Part shown: positions 20,534-29,710 of the stretch, piece by piece
How positions within the stretch are numbered: the stretch's first letter is position 1
Layout: each line of letters begins with the position of its first letter
Source of the DNA: an uncultured Verrucomicrobiales bacterium
GTDB lineage: Bacteria; Verrucomicrobiota; Verrucomicrobiia; Verrucomicrobiales; Akkermansiaceae
Reading direction: 5' to 3'
DNA: 64,000 bases
NCBI GenBank assembly: GCA_964397975.1
Contig: CAYNLE010000004.1
Span: forward strand, 944-64,943
The notes under the pieces: model-generated
What the model saw: only the letters and a program-made list of their open reading frames with translations
Databases searched by the model: none
What the model was told of the DNA's origin: nothing
Made by a program: the position numbers and the translations under genes

Positions 20534-21931
20534 ATGGCTAATTCATCACATATGGCGACCACACAGTCAGAGCTCCCATCTAAACGCCTCACTTATTTAT
20601 TTCTTTGTAGCACCTCTGCCAGTGTACATTTTTTCACGAGACGCATTAGTGTAACTGGCTTTCTGATCCCTGCCCTATTCCCAGTATCTTGCATACTACT
20701 ACTTTCCTTCGGTTCAAATGGCTCACTGAGATATATATGTGCTCTGTTATTTATAATCCCCCTCGTATCTAGCTTCTGGCTACTTTTTAGAAAATGCCAA
20801 ATAAATGTAACTCGTATTACGCCGACACGAGCTACCGTAGATGAGAAAATATCATATCAGGTCATTCTAAAAAATGAAACTAGTCGGCCAGTTAGAGGCG
20901 CCAGTGTTTTAGAAATGGAACCTGATAACCGTCCAACATACGAAAACTTTCTTCACTCTAAAGAACCCGGTGAGGAAACTCGGAATATTTTCGACCGAAA
21001 TCTCTGCTATTACCGCTGGGAATGGCTCCAAGGCTTACTCACAAAAGTAAAACCAAATAAAGTAGAAGCGATCACCACGATCCCTCCTAAGCAGTCAATA
21101 ACGACAACTCTCACAACCACACCATCAAAACGAGGTGTAATCCTGATGGAGGACTTAAGAATATGTCTACATGACCCACTAGGCTTATTCCAACGTTTCC
21201 TCAAAACCACATCAGAACCTAACAAGATAACCGTATTACCAAAGAGGTATCAAATCCCATCATTTGCTATCAGCAGCAACGCTCAAGCACAATCTGGAGG
21301 GGAAAACACCTCACAAGCCCATGGTTATGCCGGAGACTTCACTGGCGTTCGCGACTACAAGCCAGGAGACCCCCCTCGTCATATTCATTGGAAAAGCTGG
21401 GCACGCACCGGCACCCCTATTGTCAAAGAATATGAAAACACTTATCTCCCAAGGTATGGGATAGCTCTGGATACATGTATCAGTATGAATGACATTGAGC
21501 TTTTTGAAATAGCTGTTTCCGTGGCAGCATCTTATATTTCAGAAATCAATAATGCTAACTCGCTGGTCGAAAAGCTTTATCTCCCTAACCAGGTTCATAG
21601 CTCAGATGCTCAACACAGTGACCATCATTCATATCAAATGCTCGAAGTATTAGCCAATGTAGTTAACCAACCAGAGCTAGACTACCAGCAGTTTACAAAC
21701 TTAATACTCAAAGGTGTTAATAAGCTCACCGCCATCATCGTGGTGCTAACAGACTGGGATGAACAGCACTGCAAGATGATCAAACACCTTCATGGCTCTG
21801 GCTTAGTCCTTCACCTTATTGCTATCTGTGACGACATCGATACAGCTCAGAGGAAACAGAAATCACACCCATCACCAGTTGCTATTAAGTGGGTTCGCAC
21901 TGCACACGTCCAACATGACCTTTTATACTAA
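20534..21931 (+). CDS. DUF58 domain protein (MoxR partner, vWA-like)
   Basis: N-terminal TMs; DFTGVRDYKPGDPPRHIHWKSWAR motif; FEIAVSVAAS. Confidence 0.92.
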   Translation: MANSSHMATTQSELPSKRLTYLFLCSTSASVHFFTRRISVTGFLIPALFPVSCILLLSFGSNGSLRYICALLFIIPLVSSFWLLFRKCQINVTRITPTRATVDEKISYQVILKNETSRPVRGASVLEMEPDNRPTYENFLHSKEPGEETRNIFDRNLCYYRWEWLQGLLTKVKPNKVEAITTIPPKQSITTTLTTTPSKRGVILMEDLRICLHDPLGLFQRFLKTTSEPNKITVLPKRYQIPSFAISSNAQAQSGGENTSQAHGYAGDFTGVRDYKPGDPPRHIHWKSWARTGTPIVKEYENTYLPRYGIALDTCISMNDIELFEIAVSVAASYISEINNANSLVEKLYLPNQVHSSDAQHSDHHSYQMLEVLANVVNQPELDYQQFTNLILKGVNKLTAIIVVLTDWDEQHCKMIKHLHGSGLVLHLIAICDDIDTAQRKQKSHPSPVAIKWVRTAHVQHDLLY

Positions 21932-21949
21932 GGTCTAATTTCTCTATTC

Positions 21950-24034
21950 ATGAATTTTGCTCCACCCAGATTTCTCACTGGTATCACCCTTCTCTACTGG
22001 GGGGGGATAACAGGGCATCTCTTCATCGCCATCATCGTGGCTACAGTAGTGGAGTTAAAATCATGGGTATCGATACGTTGGAGCCTTAATGATGACTCCT
22101 ATGTAAAGGCTTGGCACCTCTCAGTATTACTAGCCACCTCCACTGCTGTCCTATCATGGCTTAACGGAACTAAGCCTAGTGAAATTCACCAGCTATTTGT
22201 ATGGACCCCTCTATTCTTTTTACCCATAGAGCTAGCTCAGATATACGGAAAAAAAGACCAAATAACGCTCCATACATTCTTCTATTTTGCTCGAAAGAAG
22301 CACAAACGAGATTTGTTACTAAAGCGACAAAGTGACCCATATTACATCAATATCGGCTACATTTATATATCAATCATCTGTCTAGCAACAGCTGTAGGTA
22401 GTCTATACAATACAGCTCACTTAATAGGCCTTCCTATCATCATTTCACTATGTTTATACAGTAGACTGCCTAAAGTGAATTTTAGACCTGTAGCCTTCAG
22501 CTTCGCTCTAGTGCTCGCCGTCATTTTTTCAGGTGCTACGCAGTGGGGGATTAAAAGTCTACGCGATAAATACACCAATAGCTTTATAGAAGGCCTTGGT
22601 AACTTTAATTCATCAAACGAATCAAGAACACGCATCGGAAGCGTTGGCGAAATCAAACTCAACCCACAAGTCCTTTGGCGACTTAAAACTATCACGGGAG
22701 AAGCTCCAAACCTATTAACTGTATCAATATACAATTCTTATTTTAATTCAGTATGGCGGCATAGATATGAAGAAAAAGGCGACAACGACTACCTAACTGC
22801 GCTAATCCTACCTGACGCTGATCCAGAGAAAACCATCTTCACATTCGATCCTGATAGAACAGCGCTAACACAGAAACAAAATAGTTTTCAAATTACAGGA
22901 TCACTGGATGCAGACTCAATAGAAAACCCCATACCTATTGCTAATAACACTATCGCCATAGGTGTTGATGACATAGGGGCCTCCGTAGAAGCGAACTCTA
23001 TAGGCACCGTTCGCATGCTGAACACCATACTTAATCTAGTAGACTACCCATTATGGTATGGCGAAACCTCACATACTGAAGCTCAACCGGATCTTACCTG
23101 GGATCTAAATATACCAGAATTTGAAATCGATGGCTTACGTAATTTTAATGAACAAGTAGGCCTTCATAATGAAGATCTATCTACAAAAGAAAAAATAGAG
23201 CTCTTAAAGTTCTACTTCATCAAAAACTTCACTTATACGACCCACCTAGAGACAGCGGAACGAAAGCCTGGATCTACTAGCACTGACATTCAGTATTTTC
23301 TAGAAACCTCTCGCGCTGGCCACTGTGAATACTACGGAACCAGTGCTGTATTATTACTCCGTGAGTTAGGTATACCTGCCCGTTACTGTTTTGGGTTTGT
23401 TGTAGATGAATATAGTAAATCTAGAGATCAGTGGCTGATAAGAGGAACCAGCGCTCATGCCTGGTGCCGTGTCTGGGTTGACGATCATTGGGAAAATCTT
23501 GACCTTACTCCCCCTTCATCAAGAAATGTTAACCTCAGTGACACTCCAGCATGGATTGTAAAAATAAAAGATACTTGGCAGCTTGCTAGTGAAGACTTCC
23601 TACTATGGAGAACCAAAAAATCAAACCAATCAAAGGTCACTACTTGGGTCAGCGTAATAGCTGGACTATTAAGTATCTGGGTAATTTGGAGATTAATCAA
23701 AACCCGGCAAATTAACTCTAAAGCTAATATACACTACCAAAGACCAGAGCACGTTAAGCCGACCTCTCTTAACAATCTAGAACCACTAATCATAAAAAAG
23801 ATAGGCTCCAGAGACCGAGGCACCCCATACTCCGAATGGCTTTTACAGCTCATAGAGCACGAGCAAGAAATAGCTGCTACGCTCCATGAAGCAATCCGTC
23901 TACACTCTCAGATACGCTTTGACCCAGACTACGAAGAAAACGGGGCTACTAAAAAATTAGCCACACTGTGTGATGATATGAAAAAGGTCATTACCAAACT
24001 AGAAAAGCATAAGGCTTCTAAAGAGCCTCTATAA
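21950..24034 (+). CDS. Membrane-anchored transglutaminase-like (TgpA/DUF3488-type) protein
   Basis: About 6 N-terminal TMs; catalytic triad GHCEYY / AHAWCRV / WENLDLTP; C-terminal TM. Confidence 0.92.
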   Translation: MNFAPPRFLTGITLLYWGGITGHLFIAIIVATVVELKSWVSIRWSLNDDSYVKAWHLSVLLATSTAVLSWLNGTKPSEIHQLFVWTPLFFLPIELAQIYGKKDQITLHTFFYFARKKHKRDLLLKRQSDPYYINIGYIYISIICLATAVGSLYNTAHLIGLPIIISLCLYSRLPKVNFRPVAFSFALVLAVIFSGATQWGIKSLRDKYTNSFIEGLGNFNSSNESRTRIGSVGEIKLNPQVLWRLKTITGEAPNLLTVSIYNSYFNSVWRHRYEEKGDNDYLTALILPDADPEKTIFTFDPDRTALTQKQNSFQITGSLDADSIENPIPIANNTIAIGVDDIGASVEANSIGTVRMLNTILNLVDYPLWYGETSHTEAQPDLTWDLNIPEFEIDGLRNFNEQVGLHNEDLSTKEKIELLKFYFIKNFTYTTHLETAERKPGSTSTDIQYFLETSRAGHCEYYGTSAVLLLRELGIPARYCFGFVVDEYSKSRDQWLIRGTSAHAWCRVWVDDHWENLDLTPPSSRNVNLSDTPAWIVKIKDTWQLASEDFLLWRTKKSNQSKVTTWVSVIAGLLSIWVIWRLIKTRQINSKANIHYQRPEHVKPTSLNNLEPLIIKKIGSRDRGTPYSEWLLQLIEHEQEIAATLHEAIRLHSQIRFDPDYEENGATKKLATLCDDMKKVITKLEKHKASKEPL

Positions 24035-24060
24035 GCTAGAGCTTGAGTTACTTGATAAGC

Positions 24061-24423
24061 TTACTCGCCAGCTGACTGCCACTCTACCTCTTTACCTTCT
24101 GCCCAAAGATCTTCGAGACTGTATAAATCTCTCATCTCTTCGTGCATGATGTGAACCATAACATCGATGTAGTCCAAAATCATCCAGCGAGACTCTGAAT
24201 TTCCGTCCGAGCTCACAGCATGAACACCGTGCTCTGCAAAAACATGCTTCTCCACATCACGCATAACAGCTCTTAAATGTGGTAGTGATGTTGCTGAACA
24301 AACGATCATGTAATCAGTAACCGATGAGATACCAGTAAGCTCAATGACACGAATGCCTTCTGCCTGAATCCCTTCTGCTGCTCTCGCGCATGCTATTGCT
24401 AATTCTTTTCCTTCAATCGCCAT
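24061..24423 (-). CDS. rsfS: Ribosome silencing factor RsfS (Iojap)
   Basis: TDYMIVCSATS..H, WMILDYIDVMVHIM...R..YSLEDLW. Confidence 0.95.
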   Translation of the reverse strand: MAIEGKELAIACARAAEGIQAEGIRVIELTGISSVTDYMIVCSATSLPHLRAVMRDVEKHVFAEHGVHAVSSDGNSESRWMILDYIDVMVHIMHEEMRDLYSLEDLWAEGKEVEWQSAGE

Positions 24424-24527
24424 GGTTTTAGGTAGTTACGGTATGTTGAAATATTACTAATATCACCTCCGCTAATCATTTATTAGCCAAAGGTTAGTTT
24501 TTTCGACTTCCTTATGAAATAAAGAAA

Positions 24528-24600
24528 TGGAGCATAGCGGATTCGAACCGCTGACCCCCTGCATGCCATGCAGGTGCTCTACCAACTGAGCTAATGCCCC
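24528..24600 (-). tRNA. tRNA-Ala(GGC)
   Basis: GGGGCAT..TAGCTCAGTTGGTAGAGC, anticodon arm CCTGC-AT-GGC-AT-GCAGG, T-loop GGTTCGAATCC, acceptor 3' ATGCTCC-A; 73 nt, CCA not encoded. Confidence 0.97.
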
Positions 24601-24739
24601 TCAATTTCTTAATATCTCATATCTACACTTGGGAAAGTAGAACAGAAAATACGAATGCGGGATTATCTCAGCATGAGACCGCTGGCAAGCTGATTTTTAT
24701 GCCCTTCCACTATTATAAGTGAAAATAAACAAAAACACA

Positions 24740-25639
24740 TCAGTAGCTCGCAGCTTTCATTACCCAGCTCTTAATATCAGGTGCTATTTTTGCCGTCTCC
24801 TCTAGCCTCCCTAGTCGACTCTCTTTCCACGCAATGGGAGAGAAAACTGTATGTGTCAGCCAGACAGAAGGTATTTCACCATCCTGATTACTATAACTAG
24901 AGCTTTTACCAGACAGGTAGCTCCACCATACTTGAGCTTGATCAGATGTTTCGTTGATCATTAACCAGTCACTATCATTAACGCCTGGTTCTTTATCCAT
25001 CACATCGAGGCCTATAATCCCTGCGCAAGTCTCATTACTCTTAAGGCACTGCTCCACCAGCCATTCACTCTGTTCTAGAGGTTCTTTATCCAGAGGGGTA
25101 AAAATAAAACGTAAAGTCCGCTCAGGTTTATCTCTCGCGATAGAACTAGCTAAGAGAACTACTGAGGAAACACAGTTCGCATCAGCAACACCTCCATCAC
25201 CAGCATAAGAAGCGGCTATAAAGACAACCTCCCTAGGTTTTTCCTGACCCAGAATATCAACCGATATCCCCTTCCATAACAAACCGTGCGCCGCCTCACC
25301 TGAGCTTTTAGATACCGTAAGGCCTAAGTTTTGAGGTCCCAGCATCCCACCGATCATCGATTCAGCACGCTTCAGACCATTACGACCTTCCTCAGTCTCG
25401 ATACTGCGGTAACCCACTGTCTTTGTCAGCTTGTTAACCATGTCATCTAAGCTAGATAGCCGGAATGTTCGTGTAACAATCACAGACTGCTGTTCATCAT
25501 TCTTCCTCTCCAGATAAAAATACATGAACATAAAAACAATTGTTCCGATAACGACCCCAATAGGAAGTGACATAATCAGAATTTTATAAATAGGCTTAGG
25601 GCCGCGCTCCTGCTCGGTTATTGGCTGACTTTCAGACAT
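24740..25639 (-). CDS. Membrane-anchored M28-peptidase-fold protein with degenerate active site
   Basis: N-terminal TM; EVVFIAASY..ADANCVS..LLAS...RTLRFIF aligns by eye to M28 xAHyD / GAdDNaSG / rtirFv..EE, but the metal ligands are missing. Confidence 0.6.
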   Translation of the reverse strand: MSESQPITEQERGPKPIYKILIMSLPIGVVIGTIVFMFMYFYLERKNDEQQSVIVTRTFRLSSLDDMVNKLTKTVGYRSIETEEGRNGLKRAESMIGGMLGPQNLGLTVSKSSGEAAHGLLWKGISVDILGQEKPREVVFIAASYAGDGGVADANCVSSVVLLASSIARDKPERTLRFIFTPLDKEPLEQSEWLVEQCLKSNETCAGIIGLDVMDKEPGVNDSDWLMINETSDQAQVWWSYLSGKSSSYSNQDGEIPSVWLTHTVFSPIAWKESRLGRLEETAKIAPDIKSWVMKAASY

Positions 25640-25662
25640 GATGAAAATAGATCTATTTAGAA

Positions 25663-26811
25663 TTATAAAAGCTTCGCCACCTCTTCTGCTGCTCTAGCGT
25701 GAGAGCCTGGTTCTCCTAGCATCGACGCCGTTTTTAGTAGCTCTGTACGTAACTCGTTACGAGCTTCAGCACTTTTAATTAGAGGACTCAGATGTTCTTC
25801 TATCTGACAAGGCTCAGCTTCACCTTGGATTAGCTCCTCCACGACTTTTCGACCAGCTAAAATGTTAACGATGCCTATGAATTCAATTTTCACAAGTAAC
25901 TTACCCAGAACCCATGTCGGCCAAGCCAACTTATAGACTAAACAATACGGCATACCTAGCGCAGCAGCTTCTAGTGTTGCGGTGCCACTAGCTACGACTC
26001 CACACACAGCGCGTTGCATGAGTGACTGACTATTCCCAGTGCGTAATGTAATGATACTTGAATCAGCAAGCTTACCCTCATCTATGATCTCTTGCATCTG
26101 AACCCTAAGTTTATCTGATGCAGCGGCGGCCTCGAACTTCAGGTTAGGATGATTTATATGCATGCGCCGTGCGGTCTCTACCATGATAGGAAACAAGCTA
26201 GCTACCTCTCGCTCTCTACTCCCTGGAAATAAACCCATCAAACGGTCATCACGCTCTACACCTTCACGTATTTCTTCTAACTCATCAACAAGTGGATGGC
26301 CTGGGAAAACCGTTTTTAACCCAGCTGATTCAAAAATTTCTTTTTCAAAAGGGAAAATACACATCATCAGATCCAGTGTTTTAACCATTTTAGGAATACG
26401 TCTTTTATTCCATGCCCATACTTGAGGGCTTATATAGTAAACAATCTTAATATCAGGCAGCAGCTCCCTAACCGCATAAGCAAACCTAAGGTTAAACCCC
26501 GGATAATCGATAAGTAGTAAAACTTCTGGTTTCAGCTTCTGAATCTCCTCCAGCATACTATCGAAACGTTCCTTAAACCAACGGTAATGCTTTAAAACCT
26601 CCCAGACACCCATCACAGCAGCATCTTCGACCCAGTCATTAATAGCCGCTGTTCTTTCACCTCCTGCTGACTTCATAGTAGGTCCGCCAGCTCCGTAAAA
26701 AGAAACGCCCGCTGTATTTTCACACAAGGCTTTAATCAAGCAAGCACCGTGCATATCACCACTAACTTCTCCTGCTATGACATAAACTTTTTTTTCTTTC
26801 GCTGCGCTCAC
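25663..26811 (-). CDS. lpxB: Lipid-A-disaccharide synthase
   Basis: VIAGEVSGDMHGA, VMGVWEVL, LIDYPGFN, YYISPQVWAW, GHPLVD, LFPGSR..E, SGTATLE; start set at GTG 26811. Confidence 0.97.
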   Translation of the reverse strand: MSAAKEKKVYVIAGEVSGDMHGACLIKALCENTAGVSFYGAGGPTMKSAGGERTAAINDWVEDAAVMGVWEVLKHYRWFKERFDSMLEEIQKLKPEVLLLIDYPGFNLRFAYAVRELLPDIKIVYYISPQVWAWNKRRIPKMVKTLDLMMCIFPFEKEIFESAGLKTVFPGHPLVDELEEIREGVERDDRLMGLFPGSREREVASLFPIMVETARRMHINHPNLKFEAAAASDKLRVQMQEIIDEGKLADSSIITLRTGNSQSLMQRAVCGVVASGTATLEAAALGMPYCLVYKLAWPTWVLGKLLVKIEFIGIVNILAGRKVVEELIQGEAEPCQIEEHLSPLIKSAEARNELRTELLKTASMLGEPGSHARAAEEVAKLL

Positions 26812-26818
26812 TAAATAA

Positions 26819-26870
26819 AACCTAAACGCACAAAAAAAAACTTCAAACTTCAAACAACAAACTTCATTCT
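26819..26870. promoter_or_regulatory. Overlapping divergent promoters for lpxB (-) and trmD (+)
   Basis: Minus: TTGAAG-N16-TAGGTT-N7-GTG(26811); plus: TTCAAA-N17-CATTCT-N6-GTG(26877). Confidence 0.5.
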
Positions 26871-26876
26871 ATTTCG

Positions 26877-27548
26877 GTGCACATTGACATTATCACACTT
26901 TTTCCAGAAATCGCCCTAGCACCACTAAGCGACAGCATCATTCAGCGGGCACGTGAAAAAGATATCATCACGATCAAAGCTCACCAGCTAAGAGACTGGG
27001 CTACAGGAAAACATAGAAAAACAGATGAATACCTCTGCGGAGGTGGCCCAGGCATGTTAATGAAGCCAGAACCCATCTTCGCTGCGGTAGAAGAACTAAA
27101 GCGTAAGGACAGTCACGTGATCCTGATGACGCCTCAAGGGAAACCTTTCATGCAGGTTGATGCACAGCGTTTCTCAACTCACTCACACCTCATCATCCTC
27201 TGTGGTCATTATGAAGGCATAGACCATCGTGTTATTGAGCAGCTCGTTGATGAAGAAATATCCATCGGTGACTATATTTTAACCAATGGTGCCATTGCTG
27301 CGGCCGTCATCACGGACTCCATATGCCGACTCATCCCAGGAGCACTAGGTGACGACCTCTCATCTGTAGAGGAATCATTCAGCGACCCCTCACTTCTAGA
27401 AGCCCCAGCTTACACCAAGCCTACTGACTTCCGTGGGTTAAAAGTCCCTGAGGTCCTTCTCAGCGGAAATCACAAAAAAATAGCGGTATGGAAAAAGGAA
27501 CAAGCTCTAGCGAGAACCAAGAAAAACCGACCTGATTTACTCGAATAA
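26877..27548 (+). CDS. trmD: tRNA (guanine37-N1)-methyltransferase
   Basis: IITLFPE, GGGPGMLMKPEP, MTPQG, LCGHYEGIDHR, SIGDYILTNG, LLEAPAYTKP, VPEVLLSGNH. Confidence 0.98.
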   Translation: MHIDIITLFPEIALAPLSDSIIQRAREKDIITIKAHQLRDWATGKHRKTDEYLCGGGPGMLMKPEPIFAAVEELKRKDSHVILMTPQGKPFMQVDAQRFSTHSHLIILCGHYEGIDHRVIEQLVDEEISIGDYILTNGAIAAAVITDSICRLIPGALGDDLSSVEESFSDPSLLEAPAYTKPTDFRGLKVPEVLLSGNHKKIAVWKKEQALARTKKNRPDLLE

Positions 27549-27626
27549 TAGAACAATTAAACAAAATTATCATACGCTCCTGTCTTACAGATAGAATCGA
27601 GAAAAATATCTTCAAACGTTAGTAAT

Positions 27627-27665
27627 AAAAAGCCTCCATCTCCCACAAATGGAGTGACGGAGCTT
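27627..27665 (-). terminator. Intrinsic terminator on the minus strand
   Basis: Reverse complement AAGCTCCGTCACTCC-ATTTGTG-GGAGATGGAGGC-TTTTT. Confidence 0.65.
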
Positions 27666-27755
27666 CTAGAGTGGCCTCTGAGCCCATGCATCTAAATTCA
27701 TCAGCAGGACAGCAAAAAGGCCAAGACCTAACTGCTTAAGTGTTTTACATATCAC
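27666..27755 (-). CDS. Unannotated 29-aa hydrophobic small protein (MICKTLKQLGLGLFAVLLMNLDAWAQRPL)
   Basis: GTG start with AAAGGA SD 7 nt upstream; TTGATT-N17-TGTAGT promoter at 27784-27812; terminator directly after TAG. Confidence 0.5.
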   Translation of the reverse strand: MICKTLKQLGLGLFAVLLMNLDAWAQRPL

Positions 27756-27907
27756 TAAACATTCCTTTAAATAAAGACTTAGCACTACACTAGACCGCCC
27801 TAGAGAAATCAATATAAAATGATACTACCCATAGGTCACATAGCTTGCTGCTTCAAAATAAAACAACCTAATGGAATAAAACGATTCCCCCTTTATCCTA
27901 ACGATAT

Positions 27908-28756
27908 ATGATAATTAGAAACAGCTTCTTCATGCTTCTCATGGCACTCGCTCTGACAGCCTGCTCCAGCAAACAAAAACCACTAAAAATCACTGGCTCC
28001 ACTACTGTCAATCTTCCTGTAGCTGAAGCCGCCGAAACCTTACGCACCAAGTATAACCTAAAAATATTTGTTGATACCCAAGGCGGTTCATCTGGCGGCA
28101 TCACCGCTATCGGAGAAGGCACCGCAGACATTGGTATGGCATCCAAGTCACTCATAAAGAAAGACCACGACCGCTTTCCCGACGTCAAACTTATTACCAC
28201 CTCCATCGGCTCAGATGCAGTAGCCCTCGTAGTTGCACCAGACGTCTACAATGGCGGCGTAAAATCACTCACCAAAAAACAGATCCAAGATATCTACGAA
28301 AAAAAGGTAACCAATTGGAACCAGCTCGGTGGATCAGACCAACCCATCGTCTTTTACAACAAAGAACCTGGCAGAGGAACCTGGGAGGTCTTCGCAAAAT
28401 ACCTCTACGGAAAAGCCAAATACGCCCCAGAAGTATCCCACCCAGAAGTAGGAGCGAACGAAGAGGCCAGAACCAAGGTATCCACAACACCTGGCGCTAT
28501 CACCCAGCTTTCCGTTGCCTGGGCTGACAATAAAACTACCTTCGCTCTGAATCTCATTAATGAACAGGGAACTCCCATCGCCCCGACAATAGAAAACATC
28601 GCCGAGCAAACCTACCCAATGAATCGCCCACTAAACCTCATCACTCAGGGTCAACCCACTGGAGATATCAAGACCATCATCGATTACCTACTAAGTCCAG
28701 AAGGACAAACCTTAGTTGAGAAACACGGTTACCTGCCACTCTTCGACGCCAAATAA
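27908..28756 (+). CDS. pstS: Phosphate ABC transporter substrate-binding lipoprotein
   Basis: Lipobox LTA|C; ITGSTTV, GGSSGGI, ADIGMASK, IGSDAVALVV, NWNQLGG, GTWEVF, YPMNRPL. Confidence 0.88.
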   Translation: MIIRNSFFMLLMALALTACSSKQKPLKITGSTTVNLPVAEAAETLRTKYNLKIFVDTQGGSSGGITAIGEGTADIGMASKSLIKKDHDRFPDVKLITTSIGSDAVALVVAPDVYNGGVKSLTKKQIQDIYEKKVTNWNQLGGSDQPIVFYNKEPGRGTWEVFAKYLYGKAKYAPEVSHPEVGANEEARTKVSTTPGAITQLSVAWADNKTTFALNLINEQGTPIAPTIENIAEQTYPMNRPLNLITQGQPTGDIKTIIDYLLSPEGQTLVEKHGYLPLFDAK

Positions 28757-28822
28757 ACTCCTTCTCCCCCTAATAATAACCGTTGTTTTAAAACACTAAC
28801 CCCATTACTTTACAAAAAACAG

Positions 28823-29710
28823 GTGAACAAATCCCTAACAAAAACAGCCTGTTACTTAGGCACTGGCATAATGGCCGCCTTCATATTACTCATGCTCTTC
28901 ACCTTCGCTATCGAGTCCATACCTGCATGGAAAAATGGTGCCTGGAACATTCTTGCAGGAAAAGAATGGTTCTACCGTTCTGAAAAATTTGGGATGCTCT
29001 CCATGATCTACGGATCCGTCATTGTCGCATTCATCGCTATCCTCATCGCAGCCCCGCTAGGAATAGGAACAGCCATCTACACCGCCGAAATTGCACCCAA
29101 TCGATTCCGTCTTATTATCAAAGCCATAATCGAACTACTCGCTGGTGTGCCTTCTGTTATCTACGGAATACTAGGTATTATCTTTCTCCGCGAATGGATA
29201 CAAAATGGCCTTCAACTCAACACTGGAGACACCCTTCTCACTGCAGGTATTCTCGTAGGAATCATGATTCTCCCCACCGTCGCTACTCTCTGCGATGACT
29301 CATTCCGCTCCATACCTAGCCAACAAAGAGCCGCCTCGAGAGCTCTCGGAATGACCCGCTGGGAAACGATCCTCAATACACTCCTCCCTCAAGCATTCTC
29401 AGGTATCACGGCCGCCGTTTTACTAGCACTAGGACGTGGGGCAGGAGAAACTATCGCCGTCATGCTAGTCGTCGGTAGGCAAGACAACCAAGCCCCCTCA
29501 AGCATCCTCGATATATCAACATGGTTCAGCTCTGGGCAAACCGTCACCTCCAAACTCGGCGGCTCAGAAGTTCATATCGCCTACGGAGACCCATCCCACT
29601 GGCCCGCCATCTCTGCCCTAGCATTAGTCCTCCTAACTGGAGTTAGCCTGCTCACCATTATTGGTAGAAAAATTGTCGTTCATACAAACCATAAAGGAGG
29701 CGCGCAATGA
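28823..29710 (+). CDS. pstC: Phosphate ABC transporter permease PstC
   Basis: FGMLSMIYGS, APLGIGTAIY.AE, ELLAGVPSVIYG, AASRALG.TRWET, GRGAGETIAV. Confidence 0.93.
   Translation: MNKSLTKTACYLGTGIMAAFILLMLFTFAIESIPAWKNGAWNILAGKEWFYRSEKFGMLSMIYGSVIVAFIAILIAAPLGIGTAIYTAEIAPNRFRLIIKAIIELLAGVPSVIYGILGIIFLREWIQNGLQLNTGDTLLTAGILVGIMILPTVATLCDDSFRSIPSQQRAASRALGMTRWETILNTLLPQAFSGITAAVLLALGRGAGETIAVMLVVGRQDNQAPSSILDISTWFSSGQTVTSKLGGSEVHIAYGDPSHWPAISALALVLLTGVSLLTIIGRKIVVHTNHKGGAQ

Noticed and set aside
24424-24740. tRNA-Ala as an integration site for a genomic island
   Set aside because: No integrase, no duplicated tRNA 3' end, and the flanks are core genes
27780-27907. Pho box upstream of pstS
   Set aside because: Only a single GTCACA half-site, with no 11-bp-spaced direct repeat
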